Positions 49,332 through 62,534 of a DNA stretch of 64,000 nt are shown here, in pieces; position 1 is the stretch's first letter, and each line of letters begins with the position of its first letter. A program made the translations under genes and the position numbers. The notes under the pieces were generated by a model. The model did no database searches. It had not been told where the DNA came from and saw only the letters and a program-made list of their open reading frames with translations. The stretch spans positions 11,036,001 through 11,100,000 of the forward strand of contig OY740799.1 of the NCBI GenBank assembly GCA_963514005.1. The letters are read 5' to 3'. The stretch is from Raja brachyura. Lineage: Eukaryota.

Positions 49332-49440
49332 GAAACCGAAAAGGGCTTAACAACTCCACCTCTTAATTTGTGTTTATTGGAGGTTTCATTTCTCCAGCGA
49401 AGGTTTCATTTCTCCAGAGAAGGTTTCAGTTCTCCGGAGA
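49332..49440 (-). promoter_or_regulatory. ISRE/IRF-element cluster upstream of the Ig-TM-NLR gene
   Basis: GAAACCGAAA at 49332-49341. Three tandem 20-bp units at 49381-49440 (AGGTTTCATTTCT twice, then AGGTTTCAGTTCT). Minus-strand CCAAT at 49376-49380. Confidence 0.6.
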
Positions 49441-49454
49441 ACTAAAATCCAAGT

Positions 49455-52407
49455 GTTTACTAGTGCTGTCAGGGAGGATTTAAACTAATGTGGGGGGGGG
49501 GGGGGGGGGGGGAGGGAGCATGAGCAGAGAGGCAGAGGGGTGTAAAATGAGGGTAGAAGCAATAGGTAGCAAGGTGAAAAGTAAGTGGCAGGCAGAAAAA
49601 TCCAGAGCAAAAATCAAAAAGGGCCACTTTTCAACATAATTGTATAAGGGGTAAGAGTGTTGTAAAAATAAATCCTGAAGGCTTCATGTATCAATGCAAG
49701 GAGCATTCGTAATGAGGTGGATCAGCTGAATGTGCAGATAGTTATTAATAAATATGATGTAGTTGGGATCACAGAAACATGGCTCCATGGTGACCAAGGC
49801 TGGGAGCTGAACATCCAGGGATATTCAATATTCAGGAGGGATAGACAGAAAGGAAAAGGAGGTGGAGTAGCATTGATGGTTAGAGAGGAGATTAACGCAA
49901 TAGAAAGGAAGGTCATTAGCTTGGAGGATGTGGAATCGATATGGGTAGAGCTGCGAAACACTAAGGGGCAGAAAACGCTAGTGGGAGTTGTGTACAGGCC
50001 ACCTAACAGTAGTAGTGGAATTGGGGATGGCATCAAACAGGAAATTAGAAATGCGTGCAACAAAGGTAAAAGAGTTATAATGGGTGACTTCAATCTACAT
50101 ATAGATTGGGTGAATCAAATTGGCAGGGGTGCTGAGGATGAGGATTTCTTGGAACGTATGCGGGATAGTTTTCTAAACCAACATGTAGAGGAACCAACGA
50201 GAGAGCAGGCTATTCTAGACTGGGTATTGAGTAATGAGAAAGGGTTAGTTAGCAGTCTTGTTGTGCGTGGCCCCTTGGGCAAGAGTGACCATAATATGGT
50301 TGTGTTCTTCATTAGGATGGAGAGTGACATTGTTAATTCAGAAACAAGGGTTCTGAACTTAAAGAAAGGTAACTTTGAGGGTATGAGACGTGAATTGGCC
50401 AAGATAGACTGGCAAGTGATTCTTAAAGGGTTGATGGTGGATATGCAATGGAAGGCATTTAAAGACTTTAAGGATGAACTACAACAATTGTTCATCACAT
50501 TTTGGCGAAATAATAAATCAGGGAAGGTAGTGCATCCGTGAATAACAAGGGAAATCAGGGATAGTATCAAAACACAAGATGACGCATACAAATTAGCCAG
50601 AAAAAGCAGCTTACCAGAGGATTGGGAGAAATTTGGAGTCCAGCAGAGGAGGACAAAGGGCATAATTAGGCAAGAGAAAATAGATTATGAAATAAAACTG
50701 GCAGGGAGCATACAAACAGACTGCAACAGTTTTTATAGATATTTGAAGAGAAAAAGGTTAGTTAAAACAAATGTAGGTCCCTTGCAGTCAGAAACTGGTG
50801 AATTGATCATGGGGAACAAGGACATGCCAGACCAATTGAATAACTACTTTGGTTCTGTCTTAAGGATTACAAATAATCTGCCGATATAGCAGGGGACTGG
50901 GGGTAATATGAGATGGAGGAACTGAGTGAAATCTGGGTTAGCCGGGAAGTGGTGTTAGGTAAATTGAATGGATTAAAGGCCGATAAATCCCCAGGGCCAG
51001 ATAGGCTGCATCCCAGAGTACTTAAGGAAGTAGCCCCAGAAATAGTGGATGCATTAGTGATAATTTTTCATAACTCTTCAGATTCTGGAGGAGTTCCTGA
51101 GGATTGGAGGGTAGCTAATGTAACCCCACTTTTTAAAAATGGAGGGAGAGAGAAAACGGGGAATTACAGACCAGTTAGTCTCACATCGGTAGTGGGGAAA
51201 ATGCTAGAATCAGTTATTAAAGATGAGATAGCAGCACATTTGGAAAGTAGTGAAATCATTGGACAAAGTCAGCATGGATTTATGAAAGGTAAATCATGTC
51301 TGACGAATCTTATAGAATTTTCCGAGGATGTAACTAGTAGAGTGGATAAGGGAGAACCAGTGGATGTGTTATATCTGGACTTTCAGAAGGCTTTCAACAA
51401 GGTCCCACATAAGAGATTAGTATACAAACTTAAAGCACACGGTATTGGGGGTTTAGTATTGATTTGGATAGAGAACTGGCGGGCAGACAGGAAGCAAAGA
51501 GTAGGAGTAAACGGGTCCTTTTCAGAATGGCAGGCAGTGGCTAGTGGGGTACCGCAAGGCTCAGTGCTGGGACCCCAGCTATTTACAATATATATTAATG
51601 ATCTGGATGAGGGAATTGAATGCAACATCTCCAAGTTTGTGGATGACATGAAGCTGGGGGGGGCAGTGTTAGCTGTGAGGAGGATGCTAGGAGGCTGCAA
51701 GGTTGGGTGAGTGGGCAAATGCATGGCAGATGCAGTATAATGTGCATAAATGTGAGGTTATCCACTTTGGTGGCAAAAACAGGAAAGTAGACAATTATCT
51801 GAATGGTGGCCGATTAAGAAAAGGGGAGATGCAAGGAGATCTGGGTGTCATGGTACACCAGTCATTGAAAGTAGGCATGCAGGTGCAGCAGGCAGAGAAG
51901 AAAGCGAATGGTATATTGGCATTCGTAGCAAAAGGATTTGAGTATGAGATCAGGGAGGTTCGACTGAAGTTGTACAGGGTATTGGCGAGGCCACACCTGG
52001 AATATTGCATTCAGTTTTGGTCTCCTAATCTAAGGAAATACATTCTTGCCATAGAGGGAGTGCAGAGAAGGTTCACCAGACTGATTCCTGGGATGGCAGG
52101 ACTTCCACATGAAGAAAGACTGGATACACTTGGTTTGTACTTGCTGGAATTTAGAAGAATGAGAAAAACATTTTACACACAGAGAGTGGTGAATCTGTGG
52201 AATTCTCTGCCACAGAAGGTAGTTGAGGCCAGTTCATTGGCTATATTTAAGAGGGAGTTAGATGTGGCCTTTGTGGCTAAAGGGAACAGGGGGTATGGAG
52301 AGAAGACAGGTATAGGGTACTGAGTTGGATGTTCAGTCATGATCATATTGAATGGTGGTGCAGGCTCGAAGGGCCTACTCCTGCACCCATTTTCTATGTT
52401 TCTATGA
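49455..52407 (+). mobile_element. CR1-clade LINE ORF2 (APE endonuclease + RT), frameshifted
   Basis: EN motifs GITETWL, GGGVAL, VYRPP, MGDFN and SDHN (49717-50541). RT pieces at 50913-51710 and 51703-52323. Tail (ttctatgt)n. Confidence 0.95.
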
Positions 52408-54254
52408 CCCTTCTTAACAAGATTCGACCAGTCGTTTATCCATGTTCTCCAGAGATGCTGCATGACCCTCTGAGTTACTCCAAAACTCTGTCGCTTTCTC
52501 TAGCATCTGCAGTTCCTTGTCTTGACACCACTTGCTATTCTTGTCTGACCAGTTTCAAACAGCCCAACACTCGAACTTTTTATAAAATGCGACTCATAGA
52601 CAAATGTCTACAGCGGTCGGCAGATCATAGTGCTGGGTACTTGAGTCATATGCTGTACTAATCCCTGAACACAGTGTACTAAATCGTTAACTCGCTCTCA
52701 TTGCGGTAGAGTTTATTGTGTTCGGGCAGTTGAAAACAACATTGTTTGCATAGTCAATAGTTTTGCTGCCCCGCCCCTACTCAACAGTGTGTGGAGCCCG
52801 AGGCCGCAAGAGAGGATTAAACATGTTCATTTGTATCCGCCATATTAGTTGATACGTTTTGTGAGGACGTATGACAACGCCCTATGCTGTAAATGGTAGT
52901 ACTTCCAATACTGAGGAACAAAGTGATCTAAAGGTCATATTCCACAATCACCAACGGTAGCAGCACAGGTGTTGACACAAGGAACTGCAGATGCTGGTTT
53001 ACAAAGCAAAATACACAAACTTCTGGAGCAACTCAGCTGGTCGCGCAGTTTGTAAAGTGTTCTGGTAAACAACACGGCCTCGCTAAACACCAGTCTGTGG
53101 AATCGGTTGCATACTACTATTTACATCGCGTCCCTCTTTCCCCACTCACTCCTTATCCCCCCCCCCCTCCTTCCCATCTGCCACTCTCCCAATGTACCAC
53201 CCCCTTCCTGACCCGTCCCCCCCTCCCTGCCCATTGCCACCCGTCCCGCGCAACTCTTCCTCCCCAAACCCTTGCCCCGCGTCTCCCCCTCGTCCCATTG
53301 CCCTGATCCCCCATTTGCTCCGTCTCCCGCTCACCCTCCTCGCCCCTGAACCTGAAAAGTTCGAGTCGTGAATGTGAAACTAACAGCGAACTATCAGTTT
53401 TATGCCATGTCGACCGAAACACACTCACTAATTATTTGGATCGCATTTATCCTCTCCTTTTGGGTTGTCCGGACACTAAAACCCTCATATTGAAACATCG
53501 CGGTAATCTCTCCAGCGTTGAATATGTTTTCGCTAACAGCCGGACGCGGTGCAAAGTAAATACAGGAAACCAGGAAACACACAGCAATATCACTGCGCAC
53601 CCAACTGTAAATATAGGACGCACCCACTTGTCTGACGAATTTCAAATGTCCTGAGCTGTCACATTTCATAAAATGCGTCTCATATCTGCAATTTCTGCAA
53701 CGGTCGAGTCAGCCTTTTGCCGGGCAATCGGATCACACGCTGCACCATGCCCTGACAATGGTGCACTAAGTTCTTAACTCGGTCTCATTGAGGCAGTTGA
53801 CTGTTCGGGCAGTTTCTGTGGAGCACAATCGAGACCAGTGTGTACCCATCAGCGTGGACTTGGCCGTTTCTCATCTGTATTCACCATGTTAGGGGATGTG
53901 TTTTGAGAGACGGAGAAGGCCATACACGGTAAAATGTAGAACTCCGCAAGTACACAGGGACAGACGGACTTCAGTGCGCATATGAAAGGATCCCCGACTG
54001 TAACAACACAAGTAGATACATTATAGACACAAGGAGCTGCAAATGCTGCTTTACAAAAAGTGATACAAAGTGCTGGAGTAATTCCGCGGCTCAGACAGCT
54101 TCTCTGGAGAACGTGGAAACACTGTGGTCAGGACCCTTCTTCAAGTCGAATAACTAGAAATATTGTCAAGCAAGCACTTTGGATACTAATTTTCATTCGC
54201 TCTGCAAGGGTAGAAAGGTCACCGTTCAACTATTTAGAAGTTCGTAAGTTTATA

Positions 54255-55165
54255 AGTTATAGGAGCAGAATTAGGCCATTTTTGCTCATCGAGTCCAATT
54301 CGCCACTCAATGCTGGCGATCTATCACTTTCAATCCCATTATCCAACCTTCTCCCTGTAACCTTTGACAACCTTAGTAATCAAGAACGAACATGCCAATT
54401 TCTGCTTTAAAATATCAAATGACAGCCTCCTTCAGCCGTCTGTAACAATGAATTCTAGATTCACCACCCTCTGACTAAATATATCTATTTTTATTTTAAG
54501 GCTGTGCCCTCTGGTCCCAGACTCCCCCACTAATGGAAATATCCTGTCCACATCCATTCTCTGCAGGCTTATCTTTGCCTTTCACTGTGTAGCAAGTTTC
54601 AATTAGGCCCCTCCCTCATCACTCCAGCAAGTACAGGCTCAGTGTCGTCAAACGCTCATGTATGTTAACCTATTCATCCCCAAGATCATTCTCGTAAACC
54701 TCCTCTGGGCCCTCTCCAATGCCAGCACATCCCTCCTGCAATACGAGGCCCAAAACTGCTCACAATATTCCAAATGCGGTATGAGCAATGCCTCAGCATT
54801 ACATCCTTGTTTTTATATTCTAGTCCTCTCCAAATAAATGCTAACATTGCACTTGCCTTCCTTACTAACATTTGAACTTGCAAATTAACCTTGTGGGAAT
54901 CGTGCACCAGCATTTCCAAGTCCCCTTAAACGTCCAATTTCTGAATCCTCTCCCCATTTAGAAAATAATCTACACCTTCATTCCTACTACCAAAGTGCAT
55001 GTCTGTACACTTTGCTACACTGTATTCCATCTGCCATTTCTTTGCCCGCTCTCCTAACCTGTCCTTCTGCAAACCCCCTGCTTCCTCAATACTACCTACC
55101 CCTCTACCTATCGCTGTATCATCCACAAACTTGGCCACTGCCATCAAATCCATCATCCAAATTAT
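54255..55165 (-). mobile_element. Degenerate CR1 LINE fragment
   Basis: AKFVDDT..., KKWQMEYSVAKC and AMLAFIWRGLEYKNKDVML on the minus strand. Confidence 0.8.
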
Positions 55166-58100
55166 TTGATTGATTCGTTGAAAGATACAGCATGGAATCA
55201 AGTACTTTGTCGCAAGTCCCTGCTGACCATCAATCGCCCATTCACACCAGTTCTCTCTAATCCCACTTCCTCATCCCCTCCCTACACAAGGGGGGCAATA
55301 TACAGAGCCCCATTAACCTAATTGTAATATATGTCAGTCGATAGTCTGTCCCCTGTTATGAAGACAGAGATCAAGAAAGGGGAGAGGTTTCAGAGATAGA
55401 ATTTGGGGGTAGAGAGGTATCAAATACTATTGTTAAACCCCTCTTCCCTAAAACTCTTGCACATCCAACAAGAGGATAGAGTTCCTCTGATCTTCACAAC
55501 CACCCCACCAGTCCCTGCATCCAACACCTGCATCCCGGTTGCTCACCAATTTAACCCCATCCCCCCCCCCCCCCCCCCCCCCCCAATTTATTCCTTTCCT
55601 GGGCCTCCACCATTGTCAGAGCAAGGCCACATACAAACTGAAGGGACATCAACTCATATTCTGTTTGGATAACTTACAACCCAGTGGTATGCACATTTAA
55701 ACCTACAATTTTAGGTAACCCTTATAAAGCACCGTGCCCTCCTACTCCATACCCCTCCTTTTCTACCCCCCATCGCCAGAGTCTCCCCATCACATGCCAC
55801 GCTGTGTCCAGCGTCTCCTCTCTCCCCGCTTTCTTTTGCCCCCATGTCAATCCGCCTGAAGATGAGTCCTGACTGAAAAGTCACACATCCACGTTCTCCA
55901 GAGTTATCGCCCGACTCGCCGAGTTACTCCGGCACTTTGAGTCTGTTTTGTCAGCCACCATGTGCAGTTCTTCGCGTTTCAATGAATTGGTTTAGAAACA
56001 CAAGCACGCCATAAGCAAGAGGTGGAGCCTCTTCCGTATCCTATTGGTCCCGTGATTTCTCCACCTCTTGTCAATTGCATCGCTCTGCTGAGAAATACAT
56101 ATTCTGGTAAACAACACCCCTTACTGAACACCAGGCTGAACTTGAAAAGTAGAGGCGGTGAATATGAAGGCGGGACCAACAGTGAGACACAAAATGCCGG
56201 AGTAGCTCAGCGGGACAGGCAACATTTCTAGATAGAAGGAATGGGAGGCGTTTCAGGTCGAGACCCTTCTTCAGACCTTCGGGTCACCCACCCCTTCTCT
56301 CCAGAGATGCTGCCTCTCCCGCTGAGTTACTGCAGCATCTTGTGTCTATCTTCGATTTAAACCAGCATCTGCGGTTCCTTCCTACACAGTGAACTATCAG
56401 CTTTTATCCACGATGATCTAAATACACACGTTATTTTGATCGATTTGAGCCTCTTTCCTTGGTTTGTTCAGGCATTAAACCCCCTGAAACAGAAATAGCT
56501 CGGCCACCTCTACAAAGTGAAACATTTTTTTCGTTTACAGCAGAACGCTGTGCAAAATAAAGAAGGGGAACCAATAGCCATTTTCGGGTGCGCAATGGCA
56601 ACACGGAAGCAGTTCTGCGGGTCCACCCTCTTTCACATTTAATAAAATACGACTCGTTGACAATTTCTGTAAAGGCTGAGGTAGCCTTTTACCGGGTACT
56701 TGGGTCTCACGCTGCACCATGCCCTGAAAACAGTGTATTTAGTTGTTGACCCGGTCACATTGCCGTAGAGTTCATTGTGTCCGGGCAGTTTCAGTTGGGG
56801 CCTCGTCGAGACCAGTGTGTCCTACGTGAGGACGTGGACGTTTCACATCCGTATTCACCATGTTGGGGGATATGTCTTATGCTTTATGAGGACCATCAAA
56901 GCCCATACACAGTGAATGGTAAGCATTGAGGAACGGACGGACTTCAGTGCCCATATCTAAGGATCCCCAACTGTAACAACACATGTAGATAAATTGTTGA
57001 CACAAGGAACTAGTTTACAAAAAAAGGCATAAAGTGCTTCAGTAACCCAGCGGGTCAGACAGTATTTCTGGAGAACATGGATAAACGACGTCGCGGGTCA
57101 GGAACCATCTTCAGCCAAATAGAATAATTAAATAAATTATCAAACAAGAACATTGGATACTTGTTTTCATTAACTCTGCAAGTGCAGAAAGTTTATGGTC
57201 CAACTATTTGATTGAAAGAAACAGGCCCTTTGGCACACCAAGCCGTTGCCAACCATCGATCGTCTGTTCAAGCCAGATCAATGTTATTCCACTTCCTCAA
57301 CAACTCCCTACATGAAGGGTAATTTACAAAGGCTAATTAACCTAATTGTTTGTAGTGGATGTCAGTCCATGGTCTGTCCCCTGTGATGGAGACAGAGAGA
57401 TCAAAAAAGGGGAGAGAGGTTTCAGAGATAGTCTCTGATAACTCCCTGCCTCTGATCTCTGACACGAGGATAGACTTCCCCTGATACTCACCACCACCCA
57501 TCCAACACATCATCCTCCAACATTTCCATCACCTCCAACATGATCCCACCACCAGTCACATCCACCCAGTCTTTCTTTAGACACCTTTATTCACTGTGGA
57601 ATCTCATGTATTAATCAGTTATTCACTTAACCTTGGTTTAAGAGTAAAGGAATAAACACTGAAGCCATGGTTTGGAAAAGCAGAAGTTCTCCATGGGAAA
57701 TTGCTTCTCTTGATCTTTGCTGTAAAACTGAACAAAGGCTGAAGGCTTATTTGCAACTCCTGACTTCCATGCTTGTGGATTACAATGCAGAATTCAGAAA
57801 TTTACTGCAGATCAGATGTTGACACATTTAACTGCTTTTGACTACAGTACTAATTTTAAAGTGGAATTTGGAGTGGGGCTTGGGGCAGAGTAGGCTGATG
57901 TGACGATTATGCTCAATGTGTGATCACTGAATGTCAGTAAGCCTTGGTAATCTTTAAAAACATGGCTCAACGTAGAAGTAACATTTATAGATGGTGATGC
58001 AGTTCAATTTTGTTCTTATATGTAACCCATAAAATGGCAACATGCCAGGTCTCGAGTTTGGCTGTGGGGGGACTGGCTCAGTGTGGGGGACTGGCTCAGC

Positions 58101-58830
58101 GGGCTCCCCCTAAGGCTGCGATCCATCAGTTCTTGAGTTTGACCATATAAGAGCCGCAGACTCCTGGGGGCTTAAGCCTGTGCACATCCAATTGCCTATC
58201 AAAGTGGTTTTGTGGGTGGAGTTGCCGTTACAAACAGAAAGGTCTTTTTGATGATGTTGGGCTTTGCTGTGTTGACCTGATATCAGCTGACCTGAAGAGA
58301 TTCACATCTGTGATTTACTCCAAGAGTGTGCTTTAGTGGGCAGGGAAATAGACACAGCAAGTTAGTCCTTGCTAGGATTTATGTTAAATTCCAGCTGAAG
58401 CATTTAGATACTTTGTTTTAAAGATTCTTCCAATAAATAGATTTACACAGTGGCAAAAATAATAATTGTTTTATGTTACATGCACATGATTGTATGCTTG
58501 CACATAATAATAATAATACATGACACTGGGATAATAATGACAGCACTAGAACGTCCAGCACATAACTGATCCATAAAGGTGAATGGAGCACAAAGCCAGC
58601 TCATACAAAACAGGCAAAATATTCATCCAAGCACAGCACAAAGAGGAATGTGGAACAACGTACAAACACAACTTACATCTAATCAACGAAGTAAACAGAA
58701 ATAAGAGAAATACATTGAGAATGATCACATAGGAATATTTGGATGCATAAGTTTGATCCAAGGTTTATTCAAGAATGTTTATTTGTATTGAACTGTTTCA
58801 ATATTTGCAGCTTCCCTCTCCATTAGTCTT

Positions 58831-58941
58831 TCAGCGAAGAACTGGGCTGTACACAGTCTCCTCCTCCTCCTCCTTTCTTGCTCTCCGTGTCATTGCCCAT
58901 TGCAGTTTGGCATAGCAGATCTCTTCCTCATTGGTTTCATT
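58831..58941 (-). CDS. Last coding exon of an inhibitory receptor (ITIM + ITSM)
   Basis: ttttgtag|NETNEEEICYAKLQWAMTRRARKEEEEETVYSPVLR*. ITIM is ICYAKL and ITSM is TVYSPV. Two minus-strand AATAAA signals lie at about 58765-58785. Confidence 0.75.
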   Translation of the reverse strand, partial: NETNEEEICYAKLQWAMTRRARKEEEEETVYSPVLR

Positions 58942-59453
58942 CTACAAAATAGGCAAAACACAGTGTATTAAATTTTGTTTTTGTCTGTGGTTCAATGTGC
59001 CAACCACGCAGCATGTTCTCAGTCATCTCAGTCTCAGTCATCAACATAGTGTTGGGAAGTGCCAGTGAAGCTGCACTGACTCTCTAATAAATGGTTCACT
59101 GATGTCCGGTTTAGGTTTTGCCAGATTTTCAAATCACAATGAATGGCGGTGCTGGCTCAAAGGGCCAAATGGCCTCCTCCTGCACCTATTTTCTATGTTT
59201 CTATTTCCAATGAGTTGTTTGTTTGATTTTGTAATTGCAATTAAAACTTTGCAGGAGTATCCAAGGTCCACATTAGGCTATTAAACATTGCCATACATAA
59301 ATTCAAACTCACGAGCCTGCTTCTCCTGGTCTGGTTATGTGGAAATCCCAGAGAATTCTCAGAGGGGATAGACAGTCCAACATTTGCTTTGAATAATTAA
59401 CTGGAGAGGACTAAATATACATTCTCTTTTTAAACAAATAATTAAATATTTAC

Positions 59454-59524
59454 CATGTTATTCCATTCAAGGTTCAATGTTCGATTACTTTGAATTCTTG
59501 TTTGGTCTTGAATCCCTTTCCTTT
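59454..59524 (-). CDS. Cytoplasmic exon of the same ITIM/ITSM receptor
   Basis: tatttcacgtag|..RKGIQDQTRIQSNRTLNLEWNNM|gtaaat. The 71-nt phase 1-0 exon is in frame with the terminal exon. Confidence 0.6.
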
Positions 59525-59974
59525 CTACGTGAAATAATAATGAAGGGGAATAATTAGTTTTAAAGAAAAGTCTCTACTTTGTAGTAAAGTGAAACTATAG
59601 TATCTTATGTCATGTTAGGAATATATTATATAGCTTCAAAAATAGACATATCTAATAATTTACTTCATATTATTATGTCAATTTTAAAAAGTGGGACAAT
59701 AGATGCAAACACTGTAGTTGGCTGTGACGTCACTTACTGCATGCACATTTTATAAGGAAGAGCACAAGAAGGAAAAGGCAAGCTGTTCCTCCACTTATGG
59801 AAAGCAAAATGGAAATCCAGGTCCTCCATTTATGATCTGTGGAAAATTGGAATTGTTAAATCACTTTATGCGTGGTCCATTTAAGCAACTCCCCAGAACA
59901 ATTTCAATACGTTTAATCATTTTATTTATAGAAACTTTTTGCAACTATTAATTTCCTTTACACTTTCACATCTC

Positions 59975-60285
59975 TATCAATTAATGCTCGGAGAAGGAGA
60001 AAGAGGCGCAGCGCACAGGCCTTGAACCTGGTGAGACGCAGGAGGAGCCCGGCCGGAAGTCACCGCACAGAGCCCAGTCCCTCCATGCACTAGAGTCTCC
60101 CACCCTTGCAGAGTAGTTATTAAGATGGCTGAGCCGTGGGCGGTTGCTGCTGGGACGCAAGTCGGGGCCTGATCAGCCCCGGCTGGGTCGCCTGGGCGAG
60201 GTTGTCTGATATTGTGAGACCCGAAACACCCGATGACTCCAGGTCACATCACTGAGGATGTGTCCCAGCGCATCTAGAAGATGTA
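59975..60285 (+). mobile_element. 3' end of a HERO/NeSL-like (REL endonuclease) non-LTR retrotransposon
   Basis: AEPWAVAAGTQVGA* followed by tgatcagccccggctgggtcgcctgggcgag...catcactgaggatgtgtcc. Recognised from memory of such elements. Confidence 0.5.
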
Positions 60286-61199
60286 TATTTTTCACAATCA
60301 TTACCAAAGTATAGTTGCAGTATTAATAATAATTAATAGTTGGTGTCGTCCCAAAGCCATTGCCGTTTTGTATAGATGTACAAAGTTCTGTACAAATATA
60401 ATTTAAGTTATCAATCAAAATATTTTGGCTTGGTCAGTTTATAATGCCATTTTACCCCATTTGAATTTGTTAAAAACTGCACTTTTCAATTGGTAAAAAC
60501 CAATTGGGCCTGAAAAGCCAATGAAGATCCTGGGAAAAGTTCTCAAAGAGTGAGGCTTCATCAACGTGACACATTTTTGTTGTTCAAAATAATGAAAATA
60601 CAGATTCAGATTATTGTTATAGACTCCAGCAGGACACTGAAATTCTTAGTTTGCATGAAGCTCACAGAGTAAACAATAAATACATGAACAATAAATGCAG
60701 TGGCAAACGCAAAACATGAGGATGGTGTCAAGATATCGGTGCAATCTGAAGTAGTACAAAGAAAGGGGAAAAGTGGAAAACTGAGTAAGATAGAGTTAAG
60801 AATAAGATTACATGGCAGCCCCTCTGGGAAAGGGGTGTGAAATGAGCTGGTTAGTTCAGGAGTTGGATAGCCATGGGAAAGTTGTTGTTATTACGTCGGG
60901 ATGTCCAAGCTTTCAAGGTCCAACTGGGAATGACCAGGATGGCATGTTAATGACTGATCTTTTTGGCTTCTACAATATCATCAACATTAACAGGAGTGGG
61001 TTAATCAGCAAAGCAAGGGCGTACAGTTTTGTAAAAAGCAAAGTCCACCTGACAAAATCGTGGATCTGAATGGTTCTCTGAAAGATTGGGGGGGGATCAT
61101 CTTTCTGAAAACAGCTCTCTCAAAATATCTCTACTGCTGATGACAAGTTACAGTTTCAGGGTAAGTCTATTTATGGTTGACACTTAAACATAACCTTCA

Positions 61200-62225
61200 C
61201 AGAGGTGTTGACACATTCTCTTAACTCTTCCTCATTTGGCGATTCCATTATCTCGACCGAGGACTGTTACCAAAGTTGATTGTTGACCTAAGGAAGTAGG
61301 GCTGGGGAGAGGGATGAACCCAACCCTGTCCTCATTAACTCAGCGGCTGTGAAGATGGTCGACAACTTAATGTTTCTTGATACCTGTATCAGCAGCAACC
61401 TAACCTGGTCCCTTGACACTAATGCAGTGATCAAGAAAGCTCATCAGTGCATTTACTCTCCTATGTGCCTGAGAAGATCCAACATGTCCACGAGGATTTT
61501 CTTAAACTTCTATAGATGTGCTACCAGATGCATTGTGAAGGATGCATCTCAGAATGGTATGGGATCTGCTCTGTTCTTGACCATCTGAACCTGCAGAGAG
61601 TAGTGAACACAAAACAGTCCATCACAGGACACAAAATGCTGGAGTACTGCAACTCAGCAGGTCAGGCAGCATCTTTGGAGAAGATGGATGGGTGCAGTTT
61701 CAGATCGGGACCCTTCTTCAGACTCACTCACCCTGACCTGCAATGGTTATTTTGTTTACCTGCATCTCCAGTCCATCACAGGCTTGTCTCTTCCTTCCAT
61801 ACAGTCCACCTTCATGGTGCATTGCATCAGGAAGGCTGGAAGTGTTGTCAAATGTGCCTGCTGTCCCGGCCATTCCTTTTTCTCCCTTCTACCTTCTGGG
61901 AGAAGATACAGGAGCTTGAATGCCCAGATCTCCAGAATTAAGAACCACTTTCCACATTGCTAACTGACTCCTGAAGCAATCATCTCTTTTACACCCCCTT
62001 TCCAGAGATGCTCTATCTCATTGATTATTATATTATTGTATTTTAATATTCTTTTGCACTACATGGATTCTGCATGACAATCGTGCACGATTCTGCTGTT
62101 TTGCACTCGTCATCATATTGTTGTATTTATCATTAGTGTATGTTTACTGTTACACTGTGAGCTTCGGGTGAACAAGGAACAAGGAACACCCTCTTAGAGA
62201 TGATAATAAACTAATCTGATCTGAA
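61200..62225 (+). mobile_element. Degenerate Rex1/Babar- or L2-like LINE fragment
   Basis: FLDTCISSNLTWSLDTNAVIKKAHQCIY resembles the RT C-terminus; 3' tail gataataaactaatctgatctgaac. Confidence 0.6.
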
Positions 62226-62503
62226 CTTGGGACCAAGCTTCTTGTTTTAAAGGCTTTTTATTTATAACTTCCACCACATTTAAAAATCAATCCACCCCTC
62301 CATTCAATTGTTGTGCTCAGGTTTTCCATTTTCTATAACTATTTTCAATTGTTTTGTTTATTTGTCCTTTTCTTTCTTGTTGTAATTATTTTATAGTGAG
62401 ATCTTTAATTTTGATTACATAAAGTTATTTGATTTCATTAATTTCTAGTTAATTTATTTTTAAATGCTTCAACATATTTGAATAATTTCATCAGTAAGTT
62501 CAC

Positions 62504-62534
62504 CTTCCAGATCGGGTTTTGTGTTTTTCGTTTT
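62504..62534 (-). CDS. Possible further cytoplasmic micro-exon (KTKNTKPDLE) of the ITIM/ITSM receptor
   Basis: Acceptor ttatttttaaag, donor AAG|gtgaac. Phase 0-1 is compatible with the next exon, but the exon is short and weakly supported. Confidence 0.35.

Larger units (their letters stand above)
48540..57430. repeat. Three diverged tandem copies of a non-coding unit
   Basis: Shared blocks: ttctggtaaacaacac (about 48613, 53060, 56103); a tcgcatttatcctc-like block (about 49231, 53441, 56440); and ataaaatgcgactc...gggcagtt (about 52582, 53668, 56642). Confidence 0.75.

Noticed and set aside
58831-58941. Calling the ITIM/ITSM gene PD-1 or BTLA
   Set aside because: Motif layout alone is not diagnostic, the tyrosine spacing differs, and the ectodomain was not found in the window.
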